This document shows positions 1 to 12,111 of a DNA stretch of 64,000 nucleotides, piece after piece. The stretch comes from Entomortierella parvispora E1425 (taxonomy: Eukaryota; Fungi; Mortierellomycota): positions 1,736,001 to 1,800,000 of the forward strand of contig BQFW01000011.1 in NCBI GenBank assembly GCA_020891255.1, given 5' to 3'. Under the pieces are notes generated by a model, which searched no databases, was not told where the DNA came from, and saw nothing but the letters and a program-made list of their open reading frames with translations. A program made the position numbers and the translations under genes. The first letter of the stretch is position 1. Each line of letters starts with the position of its first letter.

Positions 1-3000
1 CAAAGGATCCGTCTGACTAAGACGATTCCGTCCTCCTGCGCTAACGCCTGTGGGTGGATGGCTGTGTCTCTGTGTACTGTTCTGCGATCGAATCGAGGCT
101 GCTCTGCGTCGTGACGATCGATGGACATGGTGAACTTTGGCACCAGCGGCACCCAGGTTCGAGTTGACAGTGACAGTGATTGCAGAGCGATGGGCCAAAG
201 CAGAGCGGAGGGGCTTTGGGGGAAAAGGGGGAATATCTGTTTTCACTGGGGTGCTGCTCTTCCTTCTCAATTGCTTACTAAACACCTTGTTGAGAGTCAA
301 TCGCTTGGGAGTGATCACAGGCGCAGACACAGGGGTGGATCCGTCCGATGCAGTGCCTGCGGGAACGCGCTCCTTGTCCCGAGGGGTTGTCGACATGAAC
401 CTCTGCAGAGCATTGTTATTCTGGTTTCGTTTTGAGGCCGCCTGGTTCGAGTCATCCAAGTCATTCAATGAGTGGCGTCTTTGAAATCCAGCAATCTGTC
501 GACCCACAACCGCCAGTGGGTTCTCCACGTGAGGCACAGATGATGATCGCTGTTGCTTTGAATGATTTTCAGTCTGCTCTTTTTGTTGCTGCTGTTGTGT
601 CGAAGGAGCGTTCGCTTGGCGACCATTGAAGAAGGAAGAGATGGATGCAAAGGAGAGTCGTTTCTTGACAGTCCTGGTTGGCGTGGGCTTCAATCCCTTG
701 ATTGCTGTAGTTTGGTTGGATGGGAGTCGCGTGTGCTCCGGGGATTCCTCTGTTGATGACTGTGGCGTGGTAGGAGACGGCGAGCTAGCTTCAGAATCAG
801 GGTCGCTGTACAAGACGCCATTTGTCAAAAGCACCGGTGGAGTCAAATACTGGCCATTACTGTTGTTGTTTAGATTGTTGGAGGTGCTCAAGGTGGGTGC
901 AGAGCCGCGTCTCAAAAGATTGGGTCTCGTCACTGGGCTTTCCACGGTGCTCACTGAAGACTCTGAGCCGCGGTGTTGTTGAAGGCGATCGCTGCTCACG
1001 TCTGAGGGGGCATCGTCTCCTGGAGACGCCAGCATAGCAACGTTTTCGTGTGTTTGTTGAGCGACCGCAAGCATGCCCAGGGATGATTCACGTGGAGAAT
1101 AGGTCGGGGTGGTCACGCTGCTGTTATTGTCGGATTGGATGGATTGTTTGGCGACAAAGACCTTGCGAAGTTTGGCCGCGAACGAAGTCTTTTTACGGAT
1201 AACCTGGACAGGGCGTTGCCCTTGCTGTTGTTCCTGTTGGTGTTGTCCCTGATGGGGTTGCCCCAGGTGAGGTTGCAGGCTCTCCAGGACAAAGGAGGAC
1301 CCAAAATCTAGTGGTGAGGCAATAGCCGGGTCAATTGGCCCTGTCAGAGTGGCCGAAGGATTGATCGAATCGGGGTCTGGATCCATTTGAAGCGGGTGAA
1401 TCGATTGTTGATCCATCGATGCTCTTGCTACTGCTGCGGCCGAGGTGGTCGCAGAGAAAGAAGAAGGGGTAGTGGTGACGCCCGTGCTCGACTTTGCCAT
1501 GGTGAGTGTTGAAAAAGAAGAGATGGGTTCATCTGCCTCCTGCATACCACCGATAATATGGCCGTGTGTTCTATTTTCGTCCATTGTTGAAGATAATTGT
1601 TGGGAGGTGGACATTGAACTATCCCGCTCCTTGGTGCCACCGTCGCCACGGATTGTTACTGTCGACTCCTTGAAAAGGGGAACCATCCTAGATGACTCTG
1701 CATTCGCAATTGATTCTTCGGGACTGAGTTTCGCTACCGTCGGCAACCAGGCTGTTACGCGAAATCATAGAGAGCCGGAGAGAATAGACAAAAAAAAAAA
1801 AAAACCGCACGCGACGCGTTAGGAAATTATAGAAGAGCCGCCTGGTAATTATCTTTTCTAGTTCCCATATCCCCGGTACTTTTCCGCGCGCCCTTCATCC
1901 CGCCAAAGGGGAACAGGAGAATTGAAGGGTCTCATCCCGTTCCAATCCCTGCCGATAGTGTGAAAAGGAGTAGAAGGGAAAAGGAAAAAAAGGTACAGAA
2001 CAAAAAAATGAACAGCACGGGACAGATTGAATCTTCTTGGGTTTTTACTTACATTCAGCAAATTCCATAGACGACAGAGGCCTGGGCTTGGCAGATAACG
2101 GGGAGGAGGTCGTCGACGACATTGTGTTGGTGTCCGTGTTGCAAAAGCTAAGGTAGTCACGCCCGACCAGCGGGAGAAGACTTGCAGGCGAGCGTGACCC
2201 TGAACTGGCAGTGCTGCCCTTACTACCCCTTCGAATGTTGCTGAGGTCAGTGTTGATTTTGATATTGCCCTGGGCGTTGTTGTTTTTGTTGTCGTTGTCC
2301 CCCATCATCATCCCACCAGCAGTGACACAAGGCGGTGTAGACTGAAGGCCCATGATCGCTGCAGGGATCAGGGACATGGGCATCACAGGTTGAGACAATG
2401 AGAACATGGCCTTGTCACCATTCATTGTGGTTAGGGTCGTCGGCATAGTAGAATAGCTGGGTGTAGCCGGAGATGACGACGCTGAGGAAGAATTAGACAA
2501 AGATGAAGCAGTCCCTGACAAAGGAGAAAGCGCTGGGGGGGAAGGAGAAGCCGACAACTGGGAAGACTCCAGGGTCGATGTTGCAGCAGCAGCGGAGGAT
2601 GACACAGGGGGTGTGGAGATGGTCAAAAGGGGAAGAACGGGAGCGCTTTTGTAAAAGTGGCTGCTGCTGCTGTTGTGAGAACTGTTGTGGGTGATGGTCG
2701 TCGTGGCTGACTTTCCTTCCATCATCAATCGAGAGAACGCTGCGATAGTCTCTTGAACTTGACTTCCTTGTTCAGACCTGTTCATGGGGTATCGCCCTGT
2801 GTTTTGGCGTTGCGGTGGCTGCTGCTGCTGCTGTTGCTGTGTTGTCTCTTTTGAATGCTCCACCGGTTGAAGTTGACCAGGACGGTGTGCGGTGTGTTGA
2901 AGTTGACGGTGGGAGGGAAACTGCAAAGTTGATTGGACGGTGGTGGTGATGGTGGGGGTGACGGTGATGAAGGATGGATCGGTGTTGGAGAACTTGGTTG

Positions 3001-3361
3001 GATCTTGGGCCAAGTGTCCAGACTGCAAATGGAGGTCAGAAGAAGTGGAAATGGTGCGGGCAAGCGCTTTTGATTTGGAAAGAAAAGGTGGTGAGGATGA
3101 GGAGAAGGACGAAAGAGCGCAAGTCGATCCTGACGTCGAGGTTGACGCTGTTGTTACTGGGTGAACAATTGCACTGGAGGACGATGACAAACCAAAGGTG
3201 GACGAAGTCTTTGAGTGTGAAGAACAAGTGAGAACCACCTCCTTGAACTGTGGCTGTCGAGCTGGAGGCAATTGAGAAGATGGGGCCAAAGGTGGGTGGG
3301 ATGGAGGAGGAAGGAGAGACGTGGTATTGTGCGTGGCAACTCTTGACTTTTCGCTGGTCAT
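1..3361 (-). CDS. Uncharacterised long intrinsically disordered S/T/Q/P-rich protein; 3' end runs off the window
   Basis: Exon 1 is ORF 3361-2053 (MTSEKSRV...EFAE). Intron 2052-1752 has donor GTAAGT and acceptor TAACAG, phase 1. Exon 2 (1751 to <1) is open in frame to the window edge (WLPTVAKLSPEES...KKRLSF...SQTDPL). No globular domain recognised. Confidence 0.7.
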
Positions 3362-3426
3362 TATGTAAGTTTATAATAAATCAATGCACAACGCGAGGTT
3401 GAGCGAGGAGAGTGCCCGGTCAGAGC

Positions 3427-3481
3427 AAGAAGGAGCTGGGGAGCCGAGGAGCTGAGGAGCTGAGGAGCTGAGGAGCTGAGA
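3427..3481. repeat. 9-bp tandem repeat (GAGGAGCTG)n, about 4-5 degenerate units, upstream of the disordered-protein gene
   Basis: gagccgagga gctgaggagc tgaggagctg aggagctgag read directly from the sequence. Confidence 0.8.
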
Positions 3482-6295
3482 GTGAGGGGAGAAAAGCTGA
3501 GTCGTACAAAGAGAGAAAAGAGAGGTAAGAAAGGGACAAAGAGAGGAGGGTGAAGGATATTGATATACCCACAAAGCAAAAGAGGTGAGCCAAAGAGCGA
3601 GGATGCGGATCAAAGAGGGCAGGCGACGGGAGACAAGACAAAGGAACTTTGAAAAGAGAGGGACACTTTCATAGTGCCATTCGCGAGCTTGGACAGACAC
3701 TCAGATCAGGTAGCCCAGCCCAGTACAGGATTCTCGGAGATCCAAGAGCCATGGGAAATATACAAAACAAGGGAGAAGTCGAACACAATCCGAGCCAAAG
3801 GAGAAACGAATGATGCTGGAGCTGTTTGATAAGGGAAAGCAGCAACTCCTCTGTGTTTGAGCAAAAAGGAGGTGGATCTTTGAGAGAGTTGGAAAGGACG
3901 GGTGAAAAGGTGAGCAGACTCAACGAACGCAACAAACAACGATGAACCGCTCCCTGCAATATTTTGCTCTTGTTTGGTGGAAGTGATAAAAAGAAGGGAC
4001 GAGGAAGAGGAGGAAGGAAGAGGAGGCATGGACAAGCATCACAGAAGAAAAAGAAGGAATAGAAGAAGGAAAAGAGATGAAAGGAACATCAGGAGGTCTG
4101 GTTGGATTGAGCTCATCACACAAAAAAAGATTGAGGGGAGGAAGCAGGGCGGACTCTACGCCAAATGGTATCCAGTCCTTGTGGCTCTCGCATCTCTTTC
4201 ATTTGCCTTGTTCGCAGTTCCTTGGACGCCCGGCAATGGATCGTTTTGCAGGACTAATAACGGATGGGCAGCTTGACGATGGACAGTCAATGGTACCTTG
4301 ATGCGAAAGTATAGGAGTTGGTGGGCGGTATCGATGAATGACAAAAATACAGAAAAGCCAGTGCATCTTCAGCCTTCATTAACAGTGCAAAAGATGATTC
4401 GAAAGCGAAGGAGGTGTGCAGGACCAGGACCAGGACCAGGAGGGCATGAGAAAAGGAGAGCACATCCTGCGTCAGGAAAGAGCCCAGGACATACACATGG
4501 CTGGGGAAGATACACTGCTGTGCAGTGATACTGGGACTTTTTTGTTGCAAGTCCTCACGTGGTGAAGATGTGATCATAAGTCGACGCGTTTCTTCTTCTT
4601 CTAAAGCTGTCCAAAGCACGACCTACACGTGTCCTGCACAGTCCTCAAAGTGGAGGAAAACGCGGGAGTTGTGGGGAGGGTAAACGATGAGCCGCCCATC
4701 TCCCTCTCTGTTTGGTCATGTTCACGTCCGTCAATGACCGCAGGGGTGACAAAGACCCAGGAGCAAATGCCAAGGCGATCGAAGTGTCGTCCAAACTCTA
4801 CCTGAAAAGTAAAAAAAAAAGGTATTATTTATAATAAATAAAATAATTGCCTTGACGTTTGTTGTCCAAACATTTGAATGGTGGTAGCCTTGAGCAAGGT
4901 GGTGAAGGTGAGCCAAAAGCAAAGAAGCAGCCTGGACTTGTCCACTGAGCCACACCGGTTATCGAAGTAAACAAAACAAAAGGCGTGGTTGCAATGGAAA
5001 AGGAATGCCCGTGTTGCCGAATTAATCAGCAAAGCGTACAGTGCAAAAAAAGTAAGCTGTGTTTGGGTGGAATAGATGCTTGCTGTCAAGAAGCATAGCG
5101 AGCTCTCGGCTTTTGGTGACCGAAGAGGGCCGTGTCAAGATGACAATTGCATGATGCGAGAAAAGCGAACGGTACATGTATACTTGTCCGTGAGGGACTG
5201 GTGTTCAGACAACAAGATCGCCCTTTGTGCAAAAGTACACTGAGCTCGTTCAAAGATGAACTCCACCCAGGAAATTCGAGATTGGTTGCAAATGTACTTT
5301 AGCCTGGATTTGGGGTCGGCATAATGCTTTCCCATTTTTTCCATGAGAAAGAATAGAATAGACGTCTCCTCTCCATGTAAAACGGGCCAATGGGCCTACC
5401 ATATCTTGGATAACTTCCCCTGCTCCTTTTGCCCAAACTGTATTTGCAATAGGAAAATTTCCTTTTTCTCTTTGTCTGAGCACATACGTCGTCTGTGTGC
5501 GTCAGGTCGGCAGAGGCCAGGCCCTGGACTGCCGAGGGAGGCAAAGGGAGGCACAACGGATCCGTTGGGGACGAACCGAGGGATCCACTGCGCAACAACT
5601 GGTCTTCAGGGGCAGTTACCGTTTTGTTCCCAGGCAGCGATTGCTTGGTTTTGTTGTCCACAGGGAACAAAAACGACAAAGACAGGGGAGCACCAGCAGC
5701 GGCGAAACATAACAAAAGGACTCCAAAGTCGGATTTCATTTCCGCTGCTGCTGCTCCAGTCAGGACGAACCGGTTTTTCAACATGGTCGGAGCAAACCCT
5801 ATTGCGAATACACATTCCGCTTCATCTTTTTGGTCCGGTGGATTCAGCGGCAGTTCACTCCAGGCTTAATTTGGAGTCGTTCACTCTTGCTGTTGGCGTG
5901 GCAGCCCATCTGTCTGTCGCTGCAGGCCCTGCCGCCCTCCTCCACACCACAGACACCACTGACTCTAAGCAGGTTAAAGACCCCCCCCACCCCGAGGACA
6001 CCCCTTTCAATACATCACCAATTGCACGGTGAGGGGCACAGCTTAAAGGTATTGCCGGAAACAATTGCTGTAGATTGCCTCGGCCTCGCTCTGGTGGACA
6101 TCGTTGACGTGGACTCTGGCTCTTATAAAGCCCCCAGAAGCGACCCACCAGCCCTACTCTTTGTTCCTGTTCTCTTTGTCCTCGCCAAACTCGCTCGTCC
6201 TGCCGCTCGCTCGGCCCTTCATATTTTAACGACAAACACCCTTCCCTCACACTCCACACCCATCTTGAGCACAAACCCTTGCACATCTGTCCACC

Positions 6296-8189
6296 ATGGC
6301 CTCTTCTACAAAGGCGCCATCTGTCCATTCTGACAATGCCACAGTCGTGATTGAGTCTGAAAAGAAGGATGCTTTCACCTCCGAGAGTACCTCCAACGAG
6401 TCCAACGACTTTAACAACGGAGGCAGTAAAGAGCACGCCTCCGGAGAAAAAGAGGAGGTCATCGAGACCGACTCCTCGGGCCAAAAAGAAGAGATTATCG
6501 ACTCGGCCTCCTCTACCAAGGATTCGTCGCACGGCAACCTTGACCCTGGTCCACCCATGCCTTCGCAGGGTGTTGTGACCCTGCCCTTCAGAGAGTTGAT
6601 GGTCGTCTTTACGGGTTTGATGCTGGGCATCTTCCTGTCCTCGCTCGACCAGACGATCGTCTCTGTGTGCACTACCAAGATTGCTAGTGAGTTCAACAGC
6701 TTGAACGAGATTCCATGGATCGGTACCGCCTACTTGCTCACGTCGACAGCCTTTCAGCCCTTGTAAGTAACCACCTTGTTTATCCGAGGTTGATGGATTC
6801 AAGCTCCTATTTTTTTTTCTAACGCTCGCACCCCTTTTGGGCCACCTCGCCTGCAGGTACGGAAAGTCCTCCGACATCTTTGGTCGCAAGTCCACCTTCT
6901 TGTTTGCTATCGGCGTCTTCCTTCTCGGTTCAGCTCTCTGCGGTGCTGCTCAGAACATGACTTGGATCATTATTGCCCGTGGTGTGGCCGGTGTGGGTGC
7001 TGCCGGCATCATGTCAGGAGTCATGATCATCATCACTGACTTGGTCTCCCTGCGTGACAGAGGCAAGTACCAGGGAATCATTGGAGGCGTCTTTGGAATT
7101 GCCTCGGTCATTGGACCTCTGTTGGGTGGTGTCCTTACAGACCATGCCACCTGGCGTTGGGCTTTCTTCATCAACTTGCCTATCGGTGCCATCACCATCT
7201 TCACCGTCATCAAGGTCCTTCACTTGCCCCACGCTGGCGGCTCCCTCAAGACCAAGTTGGCTCGCGTGGACTTTGCCGGATCCCTCTCCTTGATTGCCGG
7301 TCTTGTTATGATTTTGTTGCCTTTGAACTGGGGTGGCAGCACCTACCCTTGGGACTCTGCTCGCGTCATTGGTCTCTTCTGCGCCGGCTTTGTTGTTCTG
7401 CTGATCTTCTGCTACATTGAGGTGAAGGTGGCTGTCGAGCCCATCATTCCCTTCCGTCTCTTCAAGAAGAGAACCAGCAGTGCCGTCTTTGCCACCAGTT
7501 TCTTCATCGGAATGGGATTCTTCGGTATCATGTTCTTCATGCCCTTGTACTTCCAAATTGTTCGCCAGGAGTCCGCCACCTCTTCTGGTTTGGAGATGTT
7601 GCCTATGATTGTTGGTCTCTTGATTGCCTCGATCACGTCTGGATTCATGGTCTCCAAGTGGGGACAGTACAGACCTTTCATCTGGACCGGATTGGTCTTG
7701 GCGACTACCGGTATCGGTCTCTTGACTCTTTTGAACGAGTCCAGCAACCGCGGCGAGATCATTGGATATTTGTTCATCAACGGTTTGGGTCTTGGTTTCT
7801 GTATGCAAACTGTCATGCTCGCTATCCAGTCTGGCGTCGAGACTAGGGATATTGCCGTAGCTACCGCCAACGCCACCTTCTTCCGTACTGTCGGATCTGT
7901 TTTCGGTGTGGCCATCAGCGGAACTGTGTTCAACAACGCTGTCAAAAACCATTTGGGACCCATCATCCTTGCCAATCCTCAATACGATGTTGCTAGTGTC
8001 ATCACGGATCCTTACAACGTCAAGAATTTCCCCCAGGCGCTTCAGGATCAGATCTTGCACGGTTATATGTTGTCTCTCCGTCAGGCCTTCACTGTCTGCA
8101 TTCCCTTCATGGGTGCGGCCTTCTTGGTCAGTTTGTTGATCAGACATCACAAGCTTCGCAAGACCTTGGGTCCTCAGACCATGGAGTAA
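6296..8189 (+). CDS. MFS drug:H+ antiporter, DHA2 (14-TMS, EmrB/QacA-like) family
   Basis: Exons 6296-6762 and 6857-8189; intron GTAAGT...CTGCAG rejoins FQPL|YGK. Motifs LSSLDQTIV, WIGTAYLL, YGKSSDIFGRK, DLVSLRDRGKYQG, GPLLGG, WRWAFFINLPIG, plus many hydrophobic helices. Confidence 0.95.
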
Positions 8190-10477
8190 AGAAGCCCGGG
8201 ACAACAAAAAAATCAAGCAAAAAACCATCCTCCATTTTTGTTTTTTTTTGTGCACGCATCTATCGATCATCTACACTTGTATCATACCCACCCCATATAG
8301 CCCTTGTTAAAAAAACCATCTAATGAAACGAACGCATTAAAGATCAGAAAAACTGCTTTTTCTTTATTGACATCTCGATCCGTACCCTTATCTTTCTTCT
8401 TTGCGGTGTTTGCACAACGTTCTTTGGATTGCGGGATCAATTGACACTGCCTGTCCTGAAGAAGTTTCCCATCCAGGGGGAAAGTAGCACAGCATTTTCC
8501 TTTGTTGCTTGTAAAAAAAAAAAAAAAAATCCGCGGAGTCTTGGTCAATGGTAATTCATGACGTCTTGCACCCTGCGCGTTGTCTAGAACGCCTTTGACA
8601 AAAATGGAAAGAACCCACCATTGTTCTAGCGACATCTCTTACAAGCTCAACGTTCTGTCTCAAAGATGAAGAAAGCATCCTTCCATTCTGTCGTGAAATC
8701 CCCTTCGCTGTTTTTTATCTTTGCAAAAAGATGGTCCGAGACCTTCTGGTGACTCTACAACCTTTTTTCTGCTCCATTGGTAACCAACTATGTGCCTCTT
8801 GTCGTCCGGCTCCAAAGCATCTTGGGTCTGTTATCGTTGTTTTCGCCTAAGCTTTTCAATTGAATTCTTCCGCTCCATTCCACTTAGCGGCTCAAAGCTG
8901 GGTTTTAAAGAGGGGAGGTACCTGTTGACTGAATCACGAACTTTTGTATACTATTATATAGTTTTTTATCTGTTGGCTTCTGGCCCTTTTGAGAACCAGT
9001 TGAGTTGATTATTAATTGTGTCAGGCCGGAGAAAAAAACCATGCAGGCTGAATAGGATTTAGCAAGAAAATCGAATAGACAACCCGTTTTTTTGCAAAAG
9101 AATCAAGGGAGCAAACTTGGAAGGAAGGAAGAATCTTGTTCAGCAATCATGGAGCAACGGATTCTCATTCATCCCTGTCGCGCTCACTCTCTCTCCTCCC
9201 GGCCAACAGCCGAGTCATTTTTCCATCCCTCTTTTTATTGACCCGCCTCTCCCTTCAGTCGCTTCCAGTCAGTTGTCAACAAACATGCACAAGCCTTCCA
9301 GGGCGTTGGAAATCAGAAGCAAAAGCCAGTTGAAGTGAGATGCTCCCAGTTGTGTCAAGACGCAGCGATCATGTCAAACTTTTGCGTCGTACAAAAAAGA
9401 CCCTTTTTTCCTTCTCTCCTCCTTTGACTTCACCGAACGTCTGAAAGCAACGGAAGGTGGAAAAAAACCATCAAACTGTTATATTAAAAAACAAACAAGG
9501 GCAAGTTGGTGAGTCTTGCCTTGCAGCTTCTACCAGCAAGGGACGCCGCAAAAACCGCTCCAAGGAAGCAATATCGCAAACTACCCAACTGCTGAACATG
9601 CATTCGACTGACATGAGCAAATTCAGGCAGTGACAGATGGACAATGCTGAACAACACAAAGGCGTAGGACCTCGGTACACAGTACTCCCGCGTGCCAAAA
9701 TAAAACGACACACGCCTCTTGTTTCCCAATTGAGTGACAAAGTGGTTCGGGAACTTCATCCCCTGTGAGTAATTGTTGTCTCCCTCTTCCGTCTGTTTTT
9801 CTTTCTTTAGTATGTGGAAAAAGTGCCGTTGAACGTCCTGCAGTTGATCTATTAGCCTCAAAGTCGGCATGGCCGAAACCTACCGTCCCGTAATTTTCAT
9901 ATCTTTGCAGAGCCACGTCCAACCAAGCCCCATCAAAAAAAAAAAAAACGAGATGAACCATGATGCACGGGAGAACGTTTTTTTTTTTTTTGGTGTTTGA
10001 CAATGGGTGAGAAATTACACAGATACGAAAAAGGCACGCAGAGAGAGAATGACAGAGAGGGAGGCAAAAAAAAAGATAGTGCCCAGAAGGAGGGACAGAA
10101 GAGAGCTTGCGTGCATAGTGCATCCGGCAGTGGTTTCTTTTTGGGTACCTGAACAATCAAACAACAACCCTTTTCCCTTGCTTCCTCTTGATGCCTTCCA
10201 GCCTCACCCACACGCCGTCGTCATTTCCGAGGAGTGATCTTCCCTTGTCGCCTCTGGCCGCCGGGGTCGTTTTGTTTCCTGTCTCTGTCACTTTTCTCTT
10301 TTTTTTTCTTTTCAGCTTTTTACTTTCACCCACGTCTTTCTTTTCATCCTCACTCAAATTGCCAGACTAGGTGGACCCGCGGCGGCCAGAACTAATCCTT
10401 ATTCTCCGTCATCCCTCAACCGTCCATCTCTTCTTGACTCGCTTTGACCATAAATTCCATCTCTTAATCTCTTTCCC

Positions 10478-12033
10478 ATGGTAAACATCATGGGTCCTAA
10501 CGCCCGACTCGAGTCCTCTGACTACCTGACTATGGTAGCCACGGACCATGTTATCATTGCCAGCGACGGCGAGGATGACATCTATCTCCGGTCCCCACAG
10601 GATCTGGCCTGTCAAGCGGATGGGCCTCCAGTGTCCTACATCGCACAAAAATGGGCCGAGATCTTGGTCCCTCATGGAAAAACCCTTTTTGGTCAACAGG
10701 ACACCGCCAATTGCATCCTGACAGTGGGAAAAAGTCGATATTTTGTCCATTGGCAAATGCTTTGGGTAAGAAAAGAAAAAAAGAAAAAAAGAAAAAGAGC
10801 GAAAGACTTGCCCTTCTTCGAAGTTTCTTTCTTTCTTTCTTTCTTTTTTCTCCACAGTTACCCCCCTCACTTGTCTCTTTTGAAGAAAGGCACGGACGGA
10901 CAGAAAAGCAACTAGAAACAAAAAGAAAAAAACACAGAAAGCCTTGACTCTCTTTTTTGTTCGTTCAAACCTCAGCCTGACCTTCTTAGCTTCACCCCTG
11001 CTTTTCGTGATCTTTTTTTTTTTGATTACCCCATTTTCGATCCCTCACTTGTTGCTTTCCGGCCACGAATCCCTGGGAAAACAAACACCAAAAAAAAAAA
11101 ACGACAAAAAGCGTCGATTGATTGGTGATTTGAACGCGCTCTGAGCGTGACATATACTTGTTGATCCCATCTTGTTCTTTCAGAGTATTATACATGGATG
11201 ACCAACTGAAAGTTCACCAACAGGGAGGTCGTCCTTCACAATCTAACAATTTTCCTTTTTTTTAATACACCTTTTTAGTGCCGGTCTCCAACATTTCGCA
11301 GGATCTTTGACGACATGACCGCCAGTGGCGTGTGGGGCTCATCCTTTGGATCTGTTGCTGATTGTGACAACGAGAGCCTGGGGGACGGCAGGGAGGCGAT
11401 GCTGGACCGCTTGAGCAAGGAGCTTGCTTTGAGCACGCGACAGAGTCAGAACGAGTACAGCCATAACGACGACGCTCACAACGACCATTCCGGTCAAGAT
11501 CAACAGAACCCCCACTCTGGTATCTCTGCACAAAGTAACATATCTGATCAGATTCAGGAGACACCTTCACTCTCATCGTCCTCCAATGAAGATGACTCCC
11601 TACCTGAACTCTCTGTAGCTCTGTCAGATCCGGAAGGAAGTCGGTTTGAAGAGTTGCTATACTGGGTAAGACTGTTCATCTACTGTGTTGCATCTCATCC
11701 TTCGCTCCGTCTTTTTTTTCCTTGCTTTTTTTTTTTTTTTTTTTTGTAATCCCAACTAACCAGGACTGCAACGGACTCTCATGTTGGTAACAGCTCTACA
11801 CCGACGACAGCGAGCGATGGCGCGCAAGTTTCTCGCCTCAGAATTACAGCACGATCCTTGAAAACATCCTACATTTGAACATTGCATCACCTCAAGTCCT
11901 GGAGATTTGCGAGATCTATGAGAGGACGACCTCCCCCATCTTGGGCCTTCATGGACTAGCCCAGAAAACCCTTCTCCCGAACAATATGACTCAGTTTGCA
12001 ACATCGTTCTCTCACGGACAACCGGAAACGTAG
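10478..12033 (+). CDS. BTB/POZ-domain protein
   Basis: Spliced reading ...ANCILTVGKSRYFVHWQMLW|CRSPTFRRIFDDM...SRFEELLYW|LYTDDSERW...ENILHL. Exons about 10478-10765, 11279-11665 and 11824-side last exon ending TAG 12031-12033. The split BTB fold (xFxVHxxxL, SxxF, FxxLLxWLY) has a disordered insert. Confidence 0.7.
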
Positions 12034-12111
12034 TTTGTTTGATTTCTTGGATAAATAAAAAAAAAGATCAACGAATGCAAAACCCGACCACGTTTCTACT
12101 ATCTATAGTTT

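Noticed and set aside
5101-5125. CTCTCGGCTTTTGG resembles the U2 snRNA 5' stem
   Set aside because: It is not followed by the invariant GATCAAGTGTAGTA branch-pairing sequence.
5343-6032. 229-aa plus-strand ORF upstream of the MFS gene
   Set aside because: It has no motifs, atypical composition and lies in the MFS promoter region.
5855-8270. Long minus-strand ORFs of 346 aa (5855-6895) and 418 aa (7014-8270)
   Set aside because: They are antisense shadows of the codon-biased MFS gene and have no recognisable domain.
8300-10400. Short ORFs and one intron-like GTGAGT...TTTAG (9765-9810)
   Set aside because: No spliced reading longer than about 50 codons could be built; treated as intergenic or UTR.
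10766-11278. Possible C/D snoRNA in the long BTB intron, and similarly in the Mo25 intron
   Set aside because: CTGA boxes are present, but I found no canonical RTGATGA C box with a terminal stem or recognisable rRNA guide by eye. A snoscan run would be decisive.
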